A DNA stretch of 64,000 bases from an uncultured Candidatus Saccharibacteria bacterium (GCA_964416985.1 CAYQFS010000001.1:83413-147412); one strand, 5' to 3'. Counted from the stretch's first letter, positions 19,034-27,563 are shown. Notes: a model not told the origin generated them from the sequence alone. A program made the numbers and translations.

Positions 19034-19804
19034 ATGATACAGCTTAAAGGAAAAGAAGATATACAGATTCTCCGCGAAGGGGGAAAAATTACTGCAGGAG
19101 TGATGCAGAAGCTAGTTGCCATGGTCAAGCCAGGGCTTGTTACGAGTGAACTCGAAGTGGCTGCAAGAAAACTGATAAAGGAAGCAGGAGCAGAATCATC
19201 AATTCTCGACTACCAGCCCTACGGAGCTGATCGACCTTTTCCTGCGGCAATTTGTGTTTCAGTAAATGACGAAGTGGTTCACGGAATCCCGAATGAGAAT
19301 CCTATTACCCTCAAAGAAGGAGATGTTGTAACAATCGATGTAACGCTCACCTACAAAGAAATGGTTACTGATATGGCAATGACAGTGCCGGTGGGAAAGG
19401 TTTCTTCAGACATCGAGAGACTCATCAAGGGGACGAAAGAAGCCCTTATGGCGGGGATAAAGGCGGCCAAAGGGGGGAAGAGAATAGGGGATATAAGCTC
19501 GGCTATTGAGCTTGTAGGGCTTTCACACAAGCTTGGTGTGGTAGAGGAACTCGCAGGGCATGGAGTAGGTTTTAGCGTACACGAGGAGCCATTTGTACCA
19601 AACTACGGTGAACCCGGAAAAGGTGAAGTTTTGAAACCAGGACTTGTTATTGCAATTGAGCCGATGTTTAATCTTGGTTCACGCCATGTGCAGCTCGATC
19701 CTGATGGATACACCTATCGGACAGAAGATGGGAAGCCAAGTGCGCATTTTGAACACACCGTTCTCATCACAAAAGGAGACGCGGAGATACTGACTTTGCT
19801 ATAA
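19034..19804 (+). CDS. map: Methionine aminopeptidase type I
   Basis: SVNDEVVHGIP, GHGVG...HEEP, AIEPM, SAHFEHT. Confidence 0.98.
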   Translation: MIQLKGKEDIQILREGGKITAGVMQKLVAMVKPGLVTSELEVAARKLIKEAGAESSILDYQPYGADRPFPAAICVSVNDEVVHGIPNENPITLKEGDVVTIDVTLTYKEMVTDMAMTVPVGKVSSDIERLIKGTKEALMAGIKAAKGGKRIGDISSAIELVGLSHKLGVVEELAGHGVGFSVHEEPFVPNYGEPGKGEVLKPGLVIAIEPMFNLGSRHVQLDPDGYTYRTEDGKPSAHFEHTVLITKGDAEILTLL

Positions 19805-19811
19805 TAGATTC

Positions 19812-20432
19812 ATGACACACAACAAAGAACCGCATCCAAAGAACGAAAGAACGCTCGTTATTATAAAACCTGACGGAATACAGAGAACCCTCATCGGAGA
19901 AATAATTTCTCGTTATGAAAGGGTCGGCCTTAAACTCGTTGGAATCAAGATGGTTATTCCCACAAAGACCCAGGCCGAGAAGCATTATACCCTCGACCCA
20001 AACTGGCTCCTTAGTGTTGGAGAAAAAAATCTGAGGGCGTACAAGGAAAAAGGACTCAAGGCTCCCTTTGATAATGCTCTCGATCAAGGAAATGCGATTT
20101 TGAAGAAACTCATTACCTACTTGAGCTCGGGTCCGGTCATTCCCATGGTTTGGCAGGGGGCCCATGCTGTAAAAATTGTCAGAAAAATCACTGGAGGAAC
20201 GGAGCCACTCACGACTGATGTCGGAACTATTCGAGGAGACTTTGTTCTTGATTCGTATGAAATTTCAGACAACTATGTTCGAGCCTTAAGGAATCTTGTT
20301 CATGCTTCGGGATCTGTTTCTGAAGCTGAAGCAGAGATCAAGCACTGGTTTTCTCCTGATGAAATTGCAAAGTACACTCATTTCCAGGAGAAAATTCTCT
20401 ACGATGTCAATCTCGACGGAATCCTCGAATAG
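19812..20432 (+). CDS. ndk: Nucleoside diphosphate kinase
   Basis: ERTLVIIKPDG, GTIRGDF, NLVHASGS. Confidence 0.96.
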   Translation: MTHNKEPHPKNERTLVIIKPDGIQRTLIGEIISRYERVGLKLVGIKMVIPTKTQAEKHYTLDPNWLLSVGEKNLRAYKEKGLKAPFDNALDQGNAILKKLITYLSSGPVIPMVWQGAHAVKIVRKITGGTEPLTTDVGTIRGDFVLDSYEISDNYVRALRNLVHASGSVSEAEAEIKHWFSPDEIAKYTHFQEKILYDVNLDGILE

Positions 20433-20452
20433 TTCTCTATTTAGTTTTGCAC

Positions 20453-20480
20453 TTGTATTCAAAATTAGGAGTTTTATAAT
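20453..20480 (+). promoter_or_regulatory. sigma70 promoter of the intergenic ncRNA
   Basis: TTGTAT-16 bp-TATAAT; predicted +1 at A20487 coincides with the first base of the closing stem. Confidence 0.65.
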
Positions 20481-20486
20481 GAATAC

Positions 20487-20624
20487 AGGTTACTTGAGTA
20501 TTAACTCTATAACTTTTTATTTGGGATGCCAACGAATCCTCGCGATTCACATTAGACAGCACCTTGGTGTTTGTCTTGAGGTAACCCACCTAGTAACATA
20601 CTAGGCTTGATACTCATGTAACCT
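20487..20624 (+). ncRNA. Structured non-coding RNA, candidate compact 6S RNA
   Basis: 18-bp closing stem AGGTTACTTGAGTATTAA/TTGATACTCATGTAACCT (one U-U, one G-U); 5' single-stranded bubble; 3' bubble hairpin CCTAGTA/TACTAGG; inner stem TGGGATGCC/GGTAACCCA; apical hairpins; own promoter and terminator. Confidence 0.65.
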
Positions 20625-20668
20625 AACGAAGACGCCTGCCAGAAAACTCTGTGCAGGTGTTTTTGTTA
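20625..20668 (+). terminator. Intrinsic terminator of the ncRNA
   Basis: AACGAAGACGCCTGC...GCAGGTGTTTTTGTT stem with T-rich 3' arm. Confidence 0.65.
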
Positions 20669-20705
20669 GATGTTTTTGTGGGGTGATTACGATATAATGT
20701 GGAGC

Positions 20706-21101
20706 ATGAATGAAAAGATGAACAAAGCATACATTCCAACCCTCATTATTCTCGTTCTTCTTTTTATCCTCCATTACTGCGGTAATAATTTCTATTTTTA
20801 CGTTCGCTACCCAGGTTTTGATGTTCTCATGCATGTTCTTGGGGGAGTTGCTATTGCTCTTTCTCTATACTGGTTCCAGGTGACATTTCTCAAGAATACA
20901 TTTTTCGGAAGGAATCTCTGGACCATTATTTTCCTTACTCTCATTGCTGGTTTTGCTTGGGAGTGGTTCGAGGCGTACTACGATATTGCCGGAGCAAAAG
21001 TGGGGACTCATGCGTATAGCATTGATGCCGCCAAGGATCTCATCGATGATACATTCGGTGCACTTATAGTCTATTTCGTACTTCTTAGAAAGAAAAAATA
21101 A
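20706..21101 (+). CDS. Hypothetical 4-TM membrane protein (VanZ/DUF2238-like)
   Basis: FDVLMHVLGG...WEWFE...DAAKDLIDDTFG pattern; TATAAT 7 nt before ATG 20706. Confidence 0.7.
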   Translation: MNEKMNKAYIPTLIILVLLFILHYCGNNFYFYVRYPGFDVLMHVLGGVAIALSLYWFQVTFLKNTFFGRNLWTIIFLTLIAGFAWEWFEAYYDIAGAKVGTHAYSIDAAKDLIDDTFGALIVYFVLLRKKK

Positions 21102-21102
21102 C

Positions 21103-22458
21103 ATGTCAGCACAGATTACTTTTTGGAGTGGAATAGGGAGCGTTACGGGAGCGAATTTTCTCGTAGAGTTTGGGTCGACAAGAGTTCTTGTTGACTGTGG
21201 ACTTATCCAGGGAGACAAGGTGGCCATGCGGGACAACCGTGAGCCTTTTGGCTACGATCCTTCATCGATCGAAATTCTTTTCATTACTCATGCCCACCTC
21301 GACCATGTAGGGAGAATTCCAAAACTCGTCAAAGAAGGATTCAATGGAGTCATTTACTCGACTCCTGAGACCATGGCCCTCGCTGAGCTCATTCTCGAAG
21401 ATGCAGTGAGTCTCCTTGATAAAGAAGCTAGAGAGGAAGGGGTTTTGCCAATGTATGAAGTTCAGGATTTTCGAAAGGCGATGAGCCTATGGAAAACTAT
21501 TCCATATCACACTGAAACCCAGATCAAGAATTTTTCTGTATATTTGAAGGATGCTGGGCACATTCTCGGATCATCGATGTTCCAGTTTTCTTTTGAAGGC
21601 AAGAAAATAGTATTTACCGGTGATCTTGGGAACAGTCCGACACCTCTTCTCAAAGACACAGAGTCGATCGAGGGTGCAAACTATGTAGTCATGGAAAGTG
21701 TTTATGGAGATAGAAACCATGAATCAAAAGATGAAAGATCAGAGAAATTTAAGAAAATAATTATCGATACAATTTCCCGTGGAGGCACCTTGGTCATTCC
21801 GGCCTTTTCTCTTGAAAGGACCCAGGTAATTATTTATGAAATTAATAAACTTGTTGAGACGAGGGCCATTCCCTCGGTTCCGGTTTATATAGATTCTCCT
21901 CTGGCAACTCGGGTGACTGATGTTTACAAGGGAAGCACCCATCTTTTTAATGAAAAGGCACAGGCAGAAATAAAAGCAGGGGACGATCTCTTCAATTTTC
22001 CACGACTCATGTATACAGCGAGCGTAGAAGAATCTCGAGAGATTGATCATTCAAAACAGTCAAAAATTATCATTGCCGGTTCGGGTATGTCGATCGGAGG
22101 GCGGGTTCGTCACCATGAGCAAGTATATTTGCCCGATCCAAACAGTACTATTCTTCTTGTTGGGTACCAGACTCTGGGAAGCGTCGGGAGATATCTTCTT
22201 GATGGGGCAAAAAAAGTGGTCATTGATAAAGGAGAAGTTCATGTCAAAGCGCATATCGAATCGATTCTCGGTTTCTCATCTCACAAAGATTCAGATCATC
22301 TCGTAGAGTTTGCAGCAACAGCCCAAAAATCAGCAAAAACTATTTTTGTAGCAATGGGGGAGCCGAAAGCGTCAACATTTCTTGCTCAAAGAATACGAAA
22401 TGAGGCAGGTGTGAAAGCAGTCTGTCCGGAGAGGGGAGTACCGTATGAGTTGAAGTAA
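21103..22458 (+). CDS. MBL-fold beta-CASP ribonuclease (YSH1-like)
   Basis: VDCG, THAHLDHVG, AGHILGS, TGDLG, MESVYG, AGSGM, FSSH. Confidence 0.93.
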   Translation: MSAQITFWSGIGSVTGANFLVEFGSTRVLVDCGLIQGDKVAMRDNREPFGYDPSSIEILFITHAHLDHVGRIPKLVKEGFNGVIYSTPETMALAELILEDAVSLLDKEAREEGVLPMYEVQDFRKAMSLWKTIPYHTETQIKNFSVYLKDAGHILGSSMFQFSFEGKKIVFTGDLGNSPTPLLKDTESIEGANYVVMESVYGDRNHESKDERSEKFKKIIIDTISRGGTLVIPAFSLERTQVIIYEINKLVETRAIPSVPVYIDSPLATRVTDVYKGSTHLFNEKAQAEIKAGDDLFNFPRLMYTASVEESREIDHSKQSKIIIAGSGMSIGGRVRHHEQVYLPDPNSTILLVGYQTLGSVGRYLLDGAKKVVIDKGEVHVKAHIESILGFSSHKDSDHLVEFAATAQKSAKTIFVAMGEPKASTFLAQRIRNEAGVKAVCPERGVPYELK

Positions 22459-22460
22459 AC

Positions 22461-22487
22461 AAAAAACCGGCAGATACCGGTTTTTTG
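22461..22487. terminator. Bidirectional terminator between the RNase gene and rplT
   Basis: AAAAAACCGG-CAGATA-CCGGTTTTTT between convergent genes. Confidence 0.75.
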
Positions 22488-22505
22488 TACTTTATCGTTT
22501 CCTTT

Positions 22506-22856
22506 TTACGAAACCTTCTCTACGATCTTCTTGAAAGCCTCTGGATTTGTATCAGCGAGAGTTGAGAGGATCTTTCGGTCGATGACAATGTTTGCTTTCT
22601 TGAGGTTTCCGATGAACTTGCTATATGAGTTCTTTGGGTCAATTGCTCGGAGAGCGGCATTGATTCGGACATTCCAGAGTCGGCGATAATCACCCTTCTT
22701 GTCTCGTCGGTGAGCAAATGCAGAAGCACCAGCGTGTGAGATAGCTTCATAAGCTGCTCGCTCGTTTGTTGATCGGCGAAAACGATAGCCTTTTACTTGC
22801 TTGAGTATATTTCTTCGGGTTTTGAGAGCGTGAACTCCTTTCTTAACGCGTGACAT
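22506..22856 (-). CDS. rplT: 50S ribosomal protein L20
   Basis: MSRVKKG, RRLWNVRINAA, IDRKILS. Confidence 0.98.
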   Translation of the reverse strand: MSRVKKGVHALKTRRNILKQVKGYRFRRSTNERAAYEAISHAGASAFAHRRDKKGDYRRLWNVRINAALRAIDPKNSYSKFIGNLKKANIVIDRKILSTLADTNPEAFKKIVEKVS

Positions 22857-22874
22857 GGTGGTGAATTAAATTAA

Positions 22875-23063
22875 TTATGCATTTACTAAAAATCGGCTCT
22901 TCTCCTTGTTGGTCATATGGAAGGGAACCTTTGCGTTCTTCTTGTGAAGCTGTGAACGTCGGCTTTCCTTTGAATTGAAATGGTTCTGGCCTGTTGCACG
23001 CGCAAGAATCTTACCATTCTTGGTAACCTTGAGGCGCTTTAAATATGATTTGTTTGATTTCAT
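22875..23063 (-). CDS. rpmI: 50S ribosomal protein L35
   Basis: MKSNKSYLKRLKVTKNGK; synteny infC-rpmI-rplT. Confidence 0.92.
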   Translation of the reverse strand: MKSNKSYLKRLKVTKNGKILARATGQNHFNSKESRRSQLHKKNAKVPFHMTNKEKSRFLVNA

Positions 23064-23064
23064 G

Positions 23065-23577
23065 TTATTTCTTTTCGATAATTGCGGTCAGTCCCTTGAG
23101 GCTCTTTGTTGGCGGGCTTGAGATCTTGAACTCAGTCGTGATGAGCTTCAGTATTCGTTCCATTCGTTCCTTAAGGAAGTTCTGGTCCATGTACTTTGAT
23201 CGTCCGATGAGGAAGAGGTCTATTTTGACGCGATTTCCTTCGGAGAGCCATTCTGAGGCCTTCTTTGCCTTGAGCTCAAGATCGTGCTCTCCCGTGCCTA
23301 TTTTGACCTGGATATTCTTTAAATCCGAGATCTGGGTTCGCGCTTTTGCCACTTTCTGCTTCTTCTTTTCGTCGTACTGAAATTTACCATAATCCATGAT
23401 TTTTGCAACCGGAGGGACTGCGGTAGGGGAGATTTCGATAAGATCGAGATTTCGAGCCCTAGCTTCCTTGAATGCTTGTTCAAGGCTTATAACGCCGAGG
23501 TTTTCACCGGCATCAGTAATAACCCTTAGCTGGGGCGACTTTATGAAGTTGTTGATGCGTACTCGTGCTGTGCTCAA
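23065..23577 (-). CDS. infC: Translation initiation factor IF-3 (TTG start)
   Basis: RINN.I, LDLIEISP, PPVAKIMDYGKF; an in-frame stop lies just upstream of the TTG. Confidence 0.97.
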   Translation of the reverse strand: MSTARVRINNFIKSPQLRVITDAGENLGVISLEQAFKEARARNLDLIEISPTAVPPVAKIMDYGKFQYDEKKKQKVAKARTQISDLKNIQVKIGTGEHDLELKAKKASEWLSEGNRVKIDLFLIGRSKYMDQNFLKERMERILKLITTEFKISSPPTKSLKGLTAIIEKK

Positions 23578-23595
23578 TGAGCCCTATTTATAGCA

Positions 23596-24678
23596 TTAAA
23601 GGAACTTTCTGACAAGTCGTATAAGCATTTCTGGTATTTTCTCGATAAATGAGCGTTTTCGCCATTCCAGAAGCTTCACTTCTCTTGAATTTTGTATGTC
23701 ATGAATGAAATGGGACTCGAGCTCTTCCGCGAACTTTCCATTTCTTGTTACGATATTTGCCTCGAAGTTGTAGAGCAGACTCAAGCGATCAAGATTTAAA
23801 GTTCCCACTGTTGCCCAGTCGCCGTCAATGACTGCTGTCTTGCTGTGCATGTTATTGTCTTGATACAGGAAAATACGGATGCCGGATGAGAGAAGTGTTT
23901 CAAAGTATGACCGAGCGCCAAAGTCGAGAGTGGGGTATTTGTCAGATTTTTCAGGAAGGAGAATGCGAACGTCGACTCCTCGATGAGCGGCGAGCTTTAG
24001 AACACGGATTAGTCTGTGTGTCGGCACGAGAAAGGGGGTAGCGATGTAGATAAATTTTCGTGCAGAACGAATAGCACTCACGAGTTCGGCATAGATGTGC
24101 CTTCGGCCAGGGGCAGGGTAGTTTGTAATGTAGCGAAAGGCTACATCACGTGCAAATTTTCTTTTAGGGAGGTTCTTCATTCCTTTTGCCCGGCCCCACA
24201 TGCGGTCGAAAGCATTTACCATTTCCTTGACCACCGGTCCCTCGAGGCGGAGGTTAGTATCCCTCCAATTCACACTGCTTTTTCTGATACAGATACTTCC
24301 TGTGTAGCCAATTTTTTCATCGATAACAATTGTCCTTCGGTGGTTTCTGAGAAACCACGAGCGGTAGTTTGGTACTTTAAAATATGCTGGAATGAGAGTC
24401 TTCCAGAAGACAAGCTCGATCCCTTTTTTCTTGAGGTCGTCGGCAATATTTGATCCCCAGAAGGTAAAACTTCCCGCCGCATCCCAAAGAAATCGAACCT
24501 TTACACCCTTTGCCGCCCGCTCGCTGCAGATGTCGATGAGCTTGTTTCCAAAGTCATCCGCTACAAAGATGAATTGTTCAAGACAGATGCTTTTTTCGGC
24601 CTTGGCGCAATCTGCAAGGAGGGAATCCCAGGCTTCTTCGTTTGTGGTATAGAGATTAAAGTGTGTTTCTTCTGACAT
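23596..24678 (-). CDS. cls: Cardiolipin synthase-like phospholipase D family protein
   Basis: Two PLD motifs (RNHRRTIVID variant; MHSKTAVID...GTLNLD), YIATPF; start moved to ATG 24678. Confidence 0.82.
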   Translation of the reverse strand: MSEETHFNLYTTNEEAWDSLLADCAKAEKSICLEQFIFVADDFGNKLIDICSERAAKGVKVRFLWDAAGSFTFWGSNIADDLKKKGIELVFWKTLIPAYFKVPNYRSWFLRNHRRTIVIDEKIGYTGSICIRKSSVNWRDTNLRLEGPVVKEMVNAFDRMWGRAKGMKNLPKRKFARDVAFRYITNYPAPGRRHIYAELVSAIRSARKFIYIATPFLVPTHRLIRVLKLAAHRGVDVRILLPEKSDKYPTLDFGARSYFETLLSSGIRIFLYQDNNMHSKTAVIDGDWATVGTLNLDRLSLLYNFEANIVTRNGKFAEELESHFIHDIQNSREVKLLEWRKRSFIEKIPEMLIRLVRKFL

Positions 24679-24731
24679 GTCTCTACAGAATATCATATAT
24701 TCGACTTGATGATATGGTGTATACTATACCC

Positions 24732-24971
24732 ATGAACGGAGCCGTTTCAGTCATCGAATTTCTCGTTACCATCGCTATCGCCCTCATTCCTGTAGGAATT
24801 GTCCTTGGAGTTGTCACTGCTATTAGGGCCACCAACGAAGAAACAGAAAAAAAGAAGAAAAGGCTCATTCGTCGGATGTGCATCTACTTCGCGTTTCCTT
24901 TTGTCCTCCTTCTCATGATCGTGGCAGTCTGGGGATTGTTTATCTTTCTCGCGAACAGATTTATCCTGTAG
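24732..24971 (+). CDS. Small 2-TM hypothetical membrane protein
   Basis: Two hydrophobic helices around a basic loop; TATACT 6 nt before ATG 24732. Confidence 0.6.
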   Translation: MNGAVSVIEFLVTIAIALIPVGIVLGVVTAIRATNEETEKKKKRLIRRMCIYFAFPFVLLLMIVAVWGLFIFLANRFIL

Positions 24972-24980
24972 AATATTCTT

Positions 24981-25178
24981 ATGAACGAATCGAAAGATAT
25001 TATATTTGATGACATTCCAGCCCGGGCAGAGCTCGCCCAAGACGGAGAATGCTTCCATGTTTCTGTTTTCTCACGAGAGACTGGAAATGAGCTCGTCCAA
25101 GGGAGCACTCTTCAGTCAATTTCCTTTGACACGGAAAATGAGGCGAGGGATTATTTCGACGGTCTTGGCAAAATTTAA
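24981..25178 (+). CDS. Small acidic hypothetical protein
   Basis: 65-aa ORF, operon-like spacing, host-like codon usage. Confidence 0.55.
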   Translation: MNESKDIIFDDIPARAELAQDGECFHVSVFSRETGNELVQGSTLQSISFDTENEARDYFDGLGKI

Positions 25179-25193
25179 TTTTTAACTATTTAT

Positions 25194-25292
25194 ATGGAAA
25201 ATATTGGCTACCTAGTTCTCATCGGAATCTTCATCTATGTGTTTTATGGGCCACATATGGGAGGAGGGGGTGATAAGAAGGGGAAGAAGTAG
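25194..25292 (+). CDS. Putative 32-aa single-TM peptide MENIGYLVLIGIFIYVFYGPHMGGGGDKKGKK
   Basis: ATG after an AT-rich spacer, TAG at 25290-25292, followed by a terminator-like hairpin. Confidence 0.6.
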   Translation: MENIGYLVLIGIFIYVFYGPHMGGGGDKKGKK

Positions 25293-25355
25293 ATTGGCCG
25301 TAGACAAGAAGAAAGCCGACCCATGATGGATCGGCTTACCTGAGATTTCGAAGAG

Positions 25356-26147
25356 TCAGGGTTTCGGAAGGAGGATGTCCTCGACACTTTTCCTTATTGT
25401 CGGCCACCGCGAGAGTAGTTGAACTAGTTGCAGTTGCTGTTCTGGTGTTGCTTCAGATTTGTAGCCGATTGTCTCAACCCATTTCCAGAACGCCCCCTGA
25501 AGCAGGGGCAAGAAGTCCTGATTGCAAAAAAGGAACAGAGAGCATTTCTCTCGGACTTCTGCAACGGATTTTGCTCCCATTCCCTGAATTTGTTGAAGCG
25601 TCCGTGGTGACAACACACATACCTGCCAGACATACTCGAAGTTTCCTCGACAGAGGCAGTTGGCGGCACGTGACTGTAATTCCAATTCATTTACCGATGA
25701 TGCAAGTAGCGTTGCCACACCGTTAATCGTGTTTTTGTTAATGGCTAGGCCTAGGAATTTCTCGCACACTATTCTTCCCATAATCTCTGGTCGACAGTGT
25801 GAATGAAGTCCGGCATCACATCCCGCCTCAATCATTGATTGACGATTGTCCACCCGGCAGCTCACTGCAACCATCTTTAAGTTTGGGTTTTTTTGTCTCA
25901 CTGAGCTAATGATCTGTCGGACTTCCTGTTCTGAAAATCCCAAATCCCAGACAATGAGTATGACGTCGTAGCAAGCCTCCCTGATCTGATTAATGAGGCT
26001 CGCTATTTTTTCATGAGCGTCGCACTTGAACAGTTCAGTCTGACAGCGTTCATCATTGCCAACAGCCGACATCACTTTTTGACTACAGTCCTCTTCCTGT
26101 CCTACAGAGAAATGCCTTAGGCTAACTACTAAAATCTTCTTTTCCAT
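25356..26147 (-). CDS. Pseudo-receiver domain fused to an RNA polymerase alpha-CTD-like domain
   Basis: N-terminus KILVV...YDVILI...MVAVS...EAGCD is REC-like; SVNELELQSRAANCL...IQGMGAKSVAEVRE matches the alpha-CTD pattern; SD AAAGGAG. Confidence 0.7.
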   Translation of the reverse strand: MEKKILVVSLRHFSVGQEEDCSQKVMSAVGNDERCQTELFKCDAHEKIASLINQIREACYDVILIVWDLGFSEQEVRQIISSVRQKNPNLKMVAVSCRVDNRQSMIEAGCDAGLHSHCRPEIMGRIVCEKFLGLAINKNTINGVATLLASSVNELELQSRAANCLCRGNFEYVWQVCVLSPRTLQQIQGMGAKSVAEVREKCSLFLFCNQDFLPLLQGAFWKWVETIGYKSEATPEQQLQLVQLLSRWPTIRKSVEDILLPKP

Positions 26148-26259
26148 AGAAGTCTCCTTTCAACGAACATTCGCATAGTGCTCGTAAGAGCGGTTGAAGC
26201 CAAGCGAGGGCGAAGTAAATACTAAAACCACACTATAATAAAATAGCGTCTTTGTCAAA

Positions 26260-26675
26260 TGGTGGAGATGGGCGGAATTGAACCGCCGTGCAGTTGAAGT
26301 TTCATGATGCTTCTACAATGTGTAGCTAGCTTTAGCGAGATCTCTCTCTTTTGACCTGCATGCTTGAAAGCAAGCAAAACACATGCAGGCGATTCCCCAA
26401 GTTTCGGATTACAAGCAGGGAAGAGAATGTAATCCACGTCGGAGGTTATATCAACTCATCACAGCTTCCGATGCGAAGTGAGAGCCGTCGCCTAAGGCAG
26501 AGTTTAAGCTGCGTAAGCGAAAGCAAGGTCCTGTGTTCCAAAATATGGAGACACGAGAGACTTTACCTTTGCAACTGATGATTTTGCAGTTACGGTGTCC
26601 GTTAGTTTTAAGAGGTAACGGAACTCTACATTGCGCGGCATGAAGGGACCCCAGCTGTCGAGGCCTTTCATCCCC
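26260..26675 (-). ncRNA. ssrA: tmRNA
   Basis: 5' GGGGATGAAAGGCCTCGAC; 3' GGCGGTTCAATTCCGCCCATCTCCACCA; tag frame 26587-26504 AKSSVAKVKSLVSPYFGTQDLAFAYAA*; adjacent to smpB. Confidence 0.95.
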
Positions 26676-26711
26676 ATTCAGGGACAGTTGATTGTCCCCA
26701 TATTAAAATTG

Positions 26712-27161
26712 TTAACGATCTGAAAATTCTCTTCGAATCTCTCGGTCGGTGTCGCGCTTCCTGATGTCCTGGCGCTTATCAAATTTCTTTTTACCACGGA
26801 CAACAGCGATTTCAACCTTGATTTTCTTACCTTTATTATACAGCGAAATAGGCACTATTGTCAATCCTTTCTTTGAATCGAGTGCCGCGAGCTTTGCAAT
26901 CTCAGCTTTTGTAAGGAGAATGCGGCGATTTCTTTTTGGATCATAGGAGTCGGGAGTGTTTTTAATTTGATACGGGGCAATGCTTGCTCCAATCATGAAC
27001 GCTTCGCCACCGCGCACAGTTATGTGAGAACCGAGGAGGGAGCCCTGGTTTGTACGGAGGCTTTTGACTTCGATTCCAAGAAGCTCAATACCAGCCTCGA
27101 ATGTTTCGAGGATTTCGTAATCAAGCGACATTTTCTTGTTGTAGGCGAGTGATTCGGCCAT
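26712..27161 (-). CDS. smpB: SsrA-binding protein
   Basis: EAGIELLGIEVKSLR, GLTIVP, RGKKKFDKR. Confidence 0.98.
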   Translation of the reverse strand: MAESLAYNKKMSLDYEILETFEAGIELLGIEVKSLRTNQGSLLGSHITVRGGEAFMIGASIAPYQIKNTPDSYDPKRNRRILLTKAEIAKLAALDSKKGLTIVPISLYNKGKKIKVEIAVVRGKKKFDKRQDIRKRDTDREIRREFSDR

Positions 27162-27299
27162 AATGATGACGTTCTCCAGTATACATTACTCTGACATTTC
27201 TTTCATTTTTAGTTGATTCTTGCTTTTAAAAAATAATTGCCAGACCGTGTGTGTGCCGGTCTGGCAAAAGATTCGTTCTGATGATTCAGTGATCAGTGA

Positions 27300-27563
27300 T
27301 CAGTGATTAGGGTGATACAGGTCACTTGCGAGCATGCTCGCAACTTCTGCATTACCCGTCAACACACTTGTCGTGGTTTCTCCACCAAATGCTAACGTGA
27401 TCAGCAGAATGATAATCGCGATTGCGTAACAAATCTGACGATTTATTCTTGACTTGCTCCGGCGTCGGAGACGTCGACCTTGACGTCTCCGGGAGCGCTC
27501 CATATTTGCTAAGTCAAGTGGTGTGCCAGAGTTGAAGTCTGGCGGCAGTTCATACGTTGCCAT
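27300..27563 (-). CDS. Hypothetical single-TM protein with Arg-rich segment
   Basis: 87 aa; AGGAAGG SD; TTGACA-16-TAGTAT promoter upstream; TTGCCAGACC/GGTCTGGCAA hairpin downstream. Confidence 0.55.
   Translation of the reverse strand: MATYELPPDFNSGTPLDLANMERSRRRQGRRLRRRSKSRINRQICYAIAIIILLITLAFGGETTTSVLTGNAEVASMLASDLYHPNH

Noticed and set aside
20487-20624. SRP RNA or RNase P RNA identity for the ncRNA
   Set aside because: It lacks the SRP helix-8 motif (GGAA-type tetraloop with CAGG/AGCA loop), is too short for RNase P and has no GAGGAAAGUCC motif
20296-20834. ORF-track entries 20296-20604 (+) and 20601-20834 (-)
   Set aside because: They overlap ndk or the membrane gene, have no recognisable features, and the interval is better explained by the structured RNA
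23575-23577. Non-ATG start of infC as a novelty
   Set aside because: Non-AUG initiation of infC is an established autoregulatory feature
26255-26578. Short ORFs within 26255-26578
   Set aside because: They lie inside tmRNA
27286-27306. TCAGTGA x3 tandem repeat at the end of the 87-aa ORF
   Set aside because: It is short, overlaps the stop codon and is probably slippage; no function is evident
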